Assembly (NCBI RefSeq): GCF_001949145.1 | Contig: NW_019091355.1 | Coordinates: 1,821,107-1,885,106 of the forward strand | Source: Acanthaster planci | Taxonomy: Eukaryota | Reading direction: 5' to 3' | Length of the DNA stretch: 64,000 bases | In this document: piece after piece, positions 26,301-38,300 of the stretch | Position numbering within the stretch: position 1 is the stretch's first letter | How the letters are laid out: every line of letters starts with the position of its first letter | Program-made: the position numbers and the translations under genes | The notes under the pieces: model-generated | What the model was told of the DNA's origin: nothing | Seen by the model: the letters and a program-made list of their open reading frames with translations, nothing else | Databases searched by the model: none

Positions 26301-29300
26301 AAATTGTGAAAATTTCAGCACTACGTGGAGGCTCCCATAAATGGACAGGGTATTATATAACATGAATTAAAAATGGATCATGACTACTGATCAGACTTGT
26401 GAATGATTTGTGTTCACTTGTCTAAATGCGCCAATCTCTCCTCACGGCACCAACACAGCAGATGAAAAATAAAAAGTGCCATTATAACAAATGGCGCCGT
26501 TTCATGCTACACTGCCTGCAACGAGTGTTGATTTTATCAATTTGCCCCATCTCATTTCATCTGTAAGCCATGCATGTGGGTTAATCCGATGATGGCTGAT
26601 GAAGGCCCCAACATCAGCTTTATCAGGACACGATCGCCTGAGATCCATGATTAACGCTCACTTCTATGTGCTCAGCACGTCCGCATGTTTTAAGCGGTAT
26701 GATTCGGAAATGTCACAGGTTGTGAGGGAACGATTATTATATCAGAACGGAGCCCAATGCCCCTCAGGAATCAAAATGTACATGTACATGTACCGGTACT
26801 CCAACCGTGTCACAGTAAGCTGGGATAGGACTGGACCAATCATATGCTTAATTAATTGCCAGTGTATCCATCCACATGGAATTAATATACATGTATGGTG
26901 AAGCAGCCTGACCTCCTACATGTACATGCCACTTTGCATTAACACATACACGTACATGTATTACTAATTCTTTTAGCAATTGCAATCCAGGGCCTGTAAA
27001 TTTCTAGGGCCGAATTTCATTCAGTTGTTAAGCACCCAAGTGTGCCAAACAAAAATGTACGTATGCATGTAACTACATTAAGATTACATGATTACAAGAT
27101 TGATTGATAGATTGCAAGATTACATGAACAATTTAGTTCACAAACCAGATCGCTTATATGGCTGTGTTATAAATCAGGGTATAAAGGCTTTACATGGTAG
27201 CCATCTTGTAGGGCAGTTCTTTTATTCCACAGGGAAACCTTTGAGCATACCCTGCGGGACTAAAGCAGAGGCCTGCAAGATGGAAGCCATGCAAACCCTC
27301 TGTTAAAGATGTAAAGACCCTTAATTACCCGTACAAAACTGAAGAGCCCAAAGAGTCATGCAACATGCTTAAAATGTAACAAATGTTAACTACATTTACA
27401 TGTAACTGAGGAACTGCTGACATGTACATCTACAGTACATGTACCAGTACCTGTATAAATTGTACATGTACACTGCTAATTTCCTGTCTGTTACTATGGC
27501 TATACATGCATTTACAATGTACCGGTGAATTTTAATAGAATTTTAAATTCTACATGCACCTTAAATTCAAAAGGTGCACGTACATGTACATTTACTGATA
27601 TTACATTAAATACGGTTACGTACACATTTGATTCACTTTAATTAAAAATTTTGTTACAAGGCAATGTAGAAATACTGGCCCCTACAATGTACATGTACCA
27701 TGGTGTACACTGCAGACAAAAGTAATACAACGTCACACGTTGGACATGTTATTGCCTGCATGTACATGTACGTACCGGTACTGGCACATGTACATGCATA
27801 GCGTATGATACTTGACCAAACAGTGGTCAAAACAACATGTACATGTAGTGTATTCAGTTTTTGTTCTTCTGCATTAATTCAGCAAACAACATTTCATTTA
27901 TTTCTCCGTTCACCCACAGTCAGACATACGGCAGTATCACTAGTACTCGTTCAATACATGTCGATAATCTGCATCAGTGCATACCAGTGTGTACAAATAA
28001 TTTCTCCATTTATAAGCTATGCCACACAACAGAGGAGCTAGCTCCATGTCAGGTATTTTCATCCCGACTGAGAATGGAGGCAACGAAGGTTATAAATACA
28101 CAGATCGAGAACAATCCACAGCTGCCGAACTGTGGGATCCTCTCTCATTAGACCATGTAGGGCACGTGCTTTGGCAGTGTGTCAATGGGAGATACGTGCG
28201 AGCGTGTACCTGTATGTGCAATCGGAATGGTATGGGACGCTGGCTTAATATGGATATGATATCGGGATGTTAAGTGACAGTGGAAATTGTTTGAGTAGGA
28301 TGGCAAAAGAAAAATGCTCTCAGAAAATTGTGCAAAGTGCCGTGAGTCACTGTGCCAATACATGTTGGACAACATGACCTTGGGAGAATGTAAAATCCAT
28401 TTGTCTTCAAATGCATTGAATATATTAAACCGCAGTCTTAAAACTGCAACAGTATGTGATACTGTAGTTGTGTGTGCAGGGACCACATGACAAATTCTCA
28501 AGCAAAAAAAACCCTGACATTTGATAGCAGTCAGTGTGCATGTGCAGGGACTGATAACTGTCTACATCTTTTCCATTTTTCTCGAAAATTTTTGTCTTAA
28601 ATGGTTGGGTTTGTTTTTTTAAGAAAATATTGAACAGGGAAAGGATGAAGAACTTGTTGACATTTCTAATGCCAGAAAATATCCTATGTCCCCCTCCCCA
28701 GGATTCTGTGCCTTTGGATTCTGTGTGCATGTTTTTGCTGTACGTGTCGGTGGGACTAAAAATAGGTGACATTGAAAATTGAGGCCAATTTAAGTGCAAG
28801 ACAACTTGACTTCAAAACCAAAGGTTACCGGCTGAAAATCAAAAAATGGCCAAAAGACAGGTGAACACCGTTCCAAAACAATATACATCACATGGAGTTT
28901 TGACTGGTAACCTGATTTGCCAAGCAAGGAAAATTCACGCTGAACAAATTTTGTGCTCAAGCTGCTCTATGAAATTGACCCCAGTATGTGAAGCTTTGTT
29001 GGAGAGCATGGGCATGTATTTGGACATTACAAATTATGCAGCAACTGTCAAAATTCAGCAAGATTTCCGGTTACTACCAACCTACAGAAAATAAAATGAA
29101 ACTTAACGAGCACGGGTGCCGGTGTTTGTCTAAAAAGTGGCAATGTGAACACTGTATCATCTCTAACGATACAAGGACCATCAACCAGGGGACGCTCTCA
29201 ACATGTTCCATACCAATAAAATTAAGAAGAAAGACATTACCCGTGGACAAAACTCTGTCCTTGGGTAAATATAATTAAAAACCCACCAGCTCATGTTTTC

Positions 29301-32300
29301 AATCCAACTCAGTAACATTGTCACACCTGACATCCACCTGACATTTCATGACACTAACATGAACCCAACCTAATTGATTATGGCACCTGCAATGTGCTGG
29401 TGTGACATGATGCATTCATGCTTCAGCGCTTTCTCCTGTAAACAAATGGCTTCACCCTTTCAAGACACCCTTTTGGACTTGTGTACCCAACTGTGAAACA
29501 AATCCTGCCTCAGATTTTTAGGGCTTTGGAAATTAAATGGCCCGTTACTAATACCCAACCCAAACTTGTGTACATGTACATGTACCTGGTTGAGTTTTTC
29601 AGTTTTGTTTCCTGAAACGTTGACTTTCAAAAACCCTCTGAGAGCAAACAACTTTTCATTGACGGCTTGCCAATATGAAAAGAAAACAAATTCCACATTA
29701 TTTTATTTCACAAAGCATTGCATGCAAGTACATGTATAGAAATGGGAAATATAGCAGTTGGCACAACACTTTCCAAACTCATTTGGCCTGGAATTTCTAA
29801 CAATAATCATGGTTCCCTCCGAACTTAATCATGTGGAAAATGCTTACCCAGTCCCAATAAATCCCACAAAACACCCTCTAAATGAATTTGTACCTGCTCT
29901 TTAATACAGAATTTGCTGGTGTTGAAGTTCCCAGGAAATGTACCTGTAGTGTACAATCTGGGACTATTTTGCAAAACTGTACTCACTGGCAAATCATCGG
30001 TCAAGTTTTATTGCATTTTTTGCAAAACTGTACTCACTGGCAAATCATTGGTCAAGTTTTATTGCATTTTTTGCAAAACTGTACTCACTGGCAAATCATT
30101 GGTCAAGTTTTATTGCATTTTTCGTACAAGTAAAGGAAATTCCAACACGGACAAAAATTACTAGAAGCTGTGGTTTTTATCAAGTATACCAATTAGCATT
30201 TTTTCACGTTTCACGAGCACATGCTCAGAAGATTTAACAGAGGGCAACGAATTCACGACAAACATTACGTAACATTTGGCGAATGGATGCCCGTGATTGT
30301 TATTGTTGCCGATAATTTGTTCCCCTCTAGCTTTGTTCACTTCATCGCGTGGGGGCGCTAAAATCAACATGGCGACGGAACGGGAAATTAGCTCATCAAG
30401 ACCCTTCCACTGAAGTAAACGTATATGTGTACAAATGTGCACAGCAAATGACTCAACTGATCTGTGCAGCAAAAATTACATTGAACATTTTGGTATACAT
30501 GTAAACCATACATTTCAAATCTACCAGTAGCAGTATACCGGTACGGGTACCGGTACATGTACATGTGTGTACATGTACACTGTACACGTAAAGAGGAAAA
30601 CACAACTGGTATAAATTATCTTTCAGATATGAAATCAGTTGTCAACGAAATTTTAATCCAAGCTTGCGCAATAAACATTTAGCATGATCATTTTCTTTGG
30701 ACAGATTTGGAAAATGTCCCATAAATAATCATACATGTACATTATATAGGCCCTACCAAACCCCAAAGCAAAGCTCAGATCACCAAATCATGCAGCTTGG
30801 CAGAGTTCCTGTTCTTATTACAGATACAGAAAAATGAAATATTGGACAGATGGATTTCAAAGATTTGTCACAGTTTCAGATATCCACAGAAGAGGAGAGC
30901 TCTTTGTGCTTGTGAATTATGGAATCTCACTTACCTTTCACTGCTTTATATCTGATGATGTTGTCCTATCAATGACGTTGCTGCAAAACACTGCCAACAA
31001 CGAACAAAAAAAATTCCAATCCCAAAATAGTGCAACACCACAACAGAATTCTGCTGGTAGCACTTTGTGCACGTACCACAGACCTCTGACAACGTCAAAA
31101 GGATATTAATGACACGGGCCAGACGTACTGGTAGTTAAAATTCCCCTAACGCAGATCAAGCGAGGGCTCCCGAATCTCACAAATTGTCCCAACAACAGTT
31201 GAGATCTTGAAGATTCCAGCAGGAGTGCTGTACGTGATGTTCGAAAAATTACATGTAGCTGGTGACACACACAAACCAGATGGGGGAGGTCTTCCTGAAA
31301 GTGCGTCCCAAAACGTTGAGCTCTGGTCGAGCAGAGTGACGACCTCGGTGCTGTAGTTCTAATTATGCAGTTAACGAGCAGAGGTTGGGATGTACATGTA
31401 CCTGTGCGTGTACAGCGTTCCGAGGCATGAGTTTGCTATCCCAGAGATGCTGAAGGTACACCACCACTCACTTTACATGCGAACTGCAATCATACAGTGA
31501 TACATGTATGTGGATGTACGGTAGTGAAGTCCTGTCTCATGAATGGCCGATAGACATCTATGATGGGTGTACACATAATGAACTGATTACGCCATACACA
31601 CTGTAAACACAACAAGTGAAGGCAGGCATCTACTGAGCTGGGGCTGGCAAGCGTGAATGAACACCACACAGTATCAAAAGCCAGCATACCTACAGAGCAG
31701 CGATCCTCAAATGGCAAGCTGATCTGCATCAGTAGACAACTGAGTCTCTGTCAACAACAATTCCAGGTAAGGTGTACTGTATTGTCCCTGATCCGCTTTA
31801 AGACTCTCACTCAAAAAGGGCCACAGTCCTTGGTTTTTTTGTATGTGTACTTAAACACAGATTTCCTCCTAGCTGCACGGGGGGGGCAGGTACATACGAC
31901 CAGAACAGCCCCACAGGAAAATCTAAATGTAGAGTATATCCCAAATGAAAACATTCATGGCTCACAGAAACTTGAGAGCTGCACCCCAGGGGTATTATGT
32001 CATAATAAAACCTGGAATCAGGTTATCTGCTCAGAACTGAACTCTTTTATTACAGAGGGCAACAGGGGCTTCATGCTACACGTGCCCGTCCCCCCCCCCA
32101 AAATGCCCCTGGAAGAACCCTTGGTATGTGTGGCATGCCACAGCATTTTACTGTGAAGGATTTTCCCCACGCTTGGCTTTTTAACATTTCACCCTTGCCA
32201 GGGAAAAACTGTACTGTAGGCCTCATGAAAAATAAGGCATAAAGGTGCACTAGTCTCCAGATCTACAGAAAAGCCAAATAGTACTTCAGTCACTTCATCA

Positions 32301-35300
32301 AAACAAGAAAAAAGGTTCTTTTAATAATTTACATTGTACATGTACATGTACTTCACAGATGGCTAAGACTTCAAAGACTGATATCCTTAATTTCATGTGG
32401 CCCTAGTTCAGGGATCTCTGACATTGGTGAGTTTGATTGTGTTTGTGGCATAGCGTGGTCAAAGTTAGGGGTGTTATTTTGTGCACCAGTACCCTGGTCC
32501 AAAAAAATTAGGGGTGATCCATAGCATCCCCCCCCCTTCCTGCGGGCTTGTCAAACACTGAGTGCCCTCCTATTAATGTGTCTGTCATGCTTCTAAAAGG
32601 CTAATAATAGTGTTACCACAAATCTCTTTACCTAAGATCAATTACATGTACTTTTTCTCCCCTCATCAAGAAAGTATATGTATAATCATCAAACAAAATT
32701 CCAAGGGGCTGGCATATCCCAAAATGACTCTGGACTGCATGGTCAAGCCAGCTGGCCATTCAACATGCTGTTTTCATTTTACAACATCCAATCAATCATT
32801 TTTCTCAGGTCAGCCCGGTGGCTACAATCAACCTGATGTAGCGCCCTCTGTTGTTTGGGCACAGTGAGGCTACAGTAGAATACCTGTGCATATGTGTAGA
32901 GCTGTATGCACGGCTGCACACCCACACATGAAACTTGTTGCACAATAAAGTAAAGAACACTGAATGCATGGAAATGTCATTTCAACGATATGTCAATGAT
33001 AAATTTTTTTACTTTGATTTCTATGGTACTTGAATACTTGTTGATCTTTCTTGCCTAAATGAAGTCTTGCTCTCCAGGTACTAGTCCTACCATATACACT
33101 CTGCTAAGTTTTGCACCACAAAAGCCTGTATTTTTTCAAAACTTTTTACTACAAATTCTTTTAATTTGAAACCTGCCGAATAAAAAAATCAAATCAAAAA
33201 TACATCCTCTAATTGTTATCAAAGAAAGATACTAAAACCCCATCCATGAGGTTTTGGATAATTTGGCGGGCTTGGTCAAGAATGTACATACATATGACAG
33301 TGTGCCTGGAGTGAATTGTCCGCAGACAATTTTTCTGAAACTTTTCAGTCTCCTTCAATATGAGAAAACTATTTGATACTCCACCTTTTAACAGGTTAAA
33401 TGCACTGGAGAGTGAACTTTTTACACATTCCAAATTATCCATGCTTTCCTAGACAACTGAGGGTACAGGTACTGATGACGTGCTGTCATCCAGCAATGGC
33501 ATACATGTACCCGTATGGTTCAGTGCAGAGGTTTTTCTGTTTAATTAAACTGTGAACCCAGAATTGTTGTTGTGGTAGAATGGCACATATGGCACATGTG
33601 ATGTGCCCTTTGTGCCAAGAACGTCAAATTATGCATCAACTAGTCGGAATCGGGGTCAAATGTATTGCATGTATGTGCATGAAAATAAAGAGGCTTCAGT
33701 GTGACTCCGGGGATTTTACTCTTCTGTGGGTGAGCGAGAATTCAAGGAATCAATACTCAATGAAAGCATTTATGAGACAGGGTTAACACAACAATGAATC
33801 ACAAAGGAAAAGAACACTCGGGCCAGAAAAACCTTTTTGAAAAATGCAGGAGTTTTTCTAGCATTGACCAAAAGAACAGAGAGTTTTTTTTTCCCGGGAT
33901 GACATCACAGCTTAATTCTGAATATACATGTACAAATGTATGTAAAAACTCATCAGCAAAAACCCTCAAACGGCATTTACATTGCTGCCCTTTAAGAACA
34001 GTAGCATTTTAAGTACACGCATGTATTGGTATACAATGCTTCAATGTATTTCCTGTAGTGTAGGCCTACACACAAATTTTGGAAAATACAGGAATGTAAA
34101 CATGTAGCCAAAACATGCAGAAGTTAAATGTAAGAGTCTCTGAGATAACTTTGAAGTACATGTACCAGGATAATACTTTAAAACCCATAAAGGAAAAAAA
34201 GCATGCCAACATGCCAGCAGAGGACACTGCAGCCCAGTTTGCAAAAGCCATACAGAAACCACATGACTGTGGTGTAACTTTCTGTATCCTGAGTTATGTT
34301 GTTTGACTACCTGAATAGGGGACACTGACAAGCACTGTGCTGTACATGTACAAAAGTATCCTCATAGCAGGCTTGAGAAGGAGTCTACAGTCAACACCTT
34401 TTTAATGACCATAGTCAATGGGATTTGGGGACAAGGTCAATAAACCTCCTGTCAAACTCTGACCCACACTGTGATAATGAGTGACATTTTTACACCCAAG
34501 GCACACTTTCAAGCCAAGGTCTGTTCACAGGTGGAGCACCAGGGAGAAAAGTTTTCAAGGCTGCATGAGTAACTCTCTGATGGAGAAATTTTTAAGATCT
34601 TGTGTATACATACATTATGCAGGGCACAAAGTATACAGTGCCTTACAAAAATAGTCAATATTCTTCTGCACTTGGAAGAAAAATTGGGACTCTGTAATTG
34701 TCTCTCCTGGCTGAAGTAAAGTTTACTTTCCGGAATTTGTTCATGAGCATGATGAACGCAGTAAAAAAGAAGACTTACTACACATGTACATGTACCTCAT
34801 GACATGTAGTATATAGTACTGCACATGCACGCTGTGTAAATGCCTCAAATCAAATTCTCATTCAAATCTACAGCACAGTGGCAGGCCAGTTTCAGTGACT
34901 GTGAAAATCGAGCGCCACACCCGTTTCACTTATCTGCGGTTGGAACAAAATTCAATGCTCTCTTGCTGTATGCTAAACCTCAGGGTAGAGGGCCAAATGA
35001 CGGTGCTTGTTTGTGCCTGTATGTATCTTTTATCCTCTCCCTCCCAATTCAATAAAAAGCCAATGTTGCTCAGATCAAAGTTCAGGCTTTGCTGCCAGCT
35101 TCTAAGAGTCTGTGTTTCAAAGTCAAGCCAGCATACACGTAATGTACAGTACCAGTGTGTCCTGCCATTCAACCAACCCACTGGATCAACAATAGGTTTG
35201 ATTTATAGGCCATTAGTACATGAACACTGTTGGTAATACCAGCAGGTGGAATGTGGGAGATTGCTGACCCTACAAGAACCTGTACGTCAGCATTTCAATT

Positions 35301-38300
35301 AGGCCTTCCAAACAGGAAATAAACAGAGAAAATCAATTGTCCCCTCCCTTTCCTGTCGGAAAGTTTACAACGGAGAGGCTGTGCAGGCATAGTATTGGAT
35401 GTAAGTTGCCTGCTACAAGTACATGTACGGTTAATCGCTCAACACTGTTGGCTTTTTAATGAAAAGTTCCAGGAGGTGGATCACGGTACCGTACAACCTG
35501 GGTAACATGAACACTAAAACCACCTCCGTATGCTATCAGGCTTAAAAAGGCTACTACACTTGGCACAGTTTGGCACCAAATTTATCCCTCCTTTAATAAC
35601 AACCAACCAATTTCAAAGACGCTGGAAATTATGCGTCTTCATGGAATGCAGATAAATAAAGTACCGCTGATTTTTGTGGGGAGGGGGAAATCAGCCTTTT
35701 GCGAGCTGAATTTTAATAAAATCTGGTACACTGACTTACCGGTACATGTATCTGATTGCGCATAAACAATCTGATTTCCCCAGACTAAAGACATTGTTGC
35801 TATACCTCATGATTTGGGGCAAGTTTTTGTACAGCAACCACCGTCTCTGGAATGGACTGGTTCCTTTGTGCCCTTCTTCCATTGAAAACAGTGTATTGGT
35901 GCGAGGCGTCACTTATGTAACCAAGCAAAAGCTTGCCCCGCATCACCGCGTACCGGTACATGTACATGCATATATAGCAACGGTGTCTTTAGTATGAATA
36001 ATTTAAATTGTTATGTTCACATGAATTTAAAGACCTCAGTGTGCCGTTTTCATTCAAATGTAGCTCACAAAAGCCTTATTAGGCTTATTATTTCTCCTCT
36101 GAAATGATATTATGGGAAAAAGAACAGGTCTCTATCCCACACTGGCCCATTGCATTATAACTGGAACAATCAGATTTATGACACCATCAGTGTACATGTT
36201 TGTACATGAACCGCTACAAGGGCAAATTATCCAGGCATTCCTGTGATATTTAAAAGTCTGATTTTCGAGGTTCCCTTTTCCAGACGGTTTCCAGCTCTCT
36301 ATGAGGACCTGGACAGGTCCAGACCCATGTCTATAAATCTTGAGCAGAAGCGCTCAGATACTTCTTTGACAGTTTAATCCCCATTTTATTTTTTTTTCAC
36401 CTTTAGTTGGATCAAGGTCTCATAAATTTGGATTCTAGTGTTCCTGTAAATAGTTTGGATTCTTCAAAGATGTCACGACAGAAAAGTAAAGCCCAATGAC
36501 TAACAAATGTCGGATATGCAACAATAAAAGACAAAACTACATGTACATGTAGCTGGTCTTTTTTACTTCCCTGGTGAAATTACATACATACATACATACA
36601 TGTACATACATGTACATGTACCTTTGGCTTGTGAAAATGAATAAGACCAAACCAAATGGCCGGCCATCTTTGTGATGAGGCCTTTTTCGACACACTGAGA
36701 AGTTAAAATACACCTTGATTAGTCCCAAAGGTTTGTGTTCCGTCTGGATATTAGTTTTGGAGATTATATTCCTTCATTTCTCTTTTCCCCCTGTTTTTCT
36801 TCAAAGGAGAAGCATGCATTCCTTACAGTATTCTGAGAGGATGCTGGCAAAACAAACCAGTACAATCCAAAACTTGCCAAGAATGTTGGTAGTTGGACCT
36901 GCAAGAGCCGACACTGCCATACACCACAAGCATTCCTGACCATATGGCATGGTTAGGATTTCACCACACTCTCAGGGGAAGGAAAACAGATAGCTGCCTC
37001 CCACTGGAACCAGAGACTAAAACCCAGGAGCGCTTGGATTTAAACTTGGAAGCAAGCAACCATTAATCATAAAGCTACCAGTCAAGTGCTGGGTATGAAT
37101 GTCAAGTGTTCCAACTTGAGACTCAAGGTTATCGTGGAGGGGTCTGTCTCCAAGGTCTCGGCAGTTTACATACCCTGTACACGTACACTGTACATTGTAT
37201 AGTACCTACATACCACTGGTAAATTGACCAAAAATGACACTCCATGTGACGAAGTCTGCTGTTTAGTGTCTGTCTGATTTGCTTACAAGTTAACAAGAAT
37301 GGGCCATGCATCTGCTTGTTTTGAAAATGATAATTTTCAGAGATACCGGTACTAAATCCTAATTTGATTTTACCTGTAGACTGTTCAAGTCTGATACACG
37401 TGTGGGTTAAAAATGCCAGGTAAAACCTAAAATCTCAGAAAATTACATTCCCTGTGCTTCCTTACAATGAAGTGAAAAAAAGAGATGAGAGCTGATGTAC
37501 TAGTACTGTTGTTGGGCATTATTCCCTGTAGTTAAATGACATTTTGATCAATTGAGAAACAGGTCCTATTGTACACAACAAATTACACCCCTGTTGTTGA
37601 CAATAAAAATGAGTAAACAGTTGCTCATAATGCATGTCGCATAATTTATGGTCATTGATCAATTTCATACGGTGATTCATAGAGTCTTTTGAATGAGAAT
37701 AAAAAGGTTTAAGTCGTACCTTTCAAGAACCAAGGTTATTGATTTATTCATGTGAATTTCCCCTGCTTCTGTGCAAGAAATATGACCTGAAATACAAGCA
37801 ATGTACGCACAAAACAAGAATGACGGGGTGTAGGATCATCACCCAATATCAAATTTGCCGATCTACAATACACACATTTGTAAATTCGCCTACGGTACAT
37901 GACATTTGTGATACTTCTCAAGGTAACGCAGGGAGGTGTCCCAACAATAGGCAAGGTCAAAGTATCTTTCAGGAACAGGTTTGCATTGAAATCCAGCTGT
38001 TGTGCTCTTTGTTGTGTGACTAAATTGATCCTGTTTTGTCGGGTACAGTTAGGTGATTTTAAACAGGTTGTTTTTACCAAAACGGGATTCAATTACCGTA
38101 CATTATTGAAATGCTTCAAAGAATCCTTAAATGTGGGTGACAGAGTTTTTGTCTGGATATCAAAAATGCTTAGTGTAAAGCATGCACAATCCAAATGTAG
38201 GCATTCACCTGAACATGTACATGGCTATATATTGGTACATCTTTGTCCAATTCTACATACATGTACACGCATGTATATGTACAGTACATGTATAATTAAC

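Noticed and set aside
29882..30164. ORFs with repeated LQNCTHWQIIGQVLLHF / FCKTVLTGK; CRISPR-like periodicity
   Set aside because: Pure 51-bp tandem repeat with no unique spacers, in an animal intron. The ORFs are by-products.
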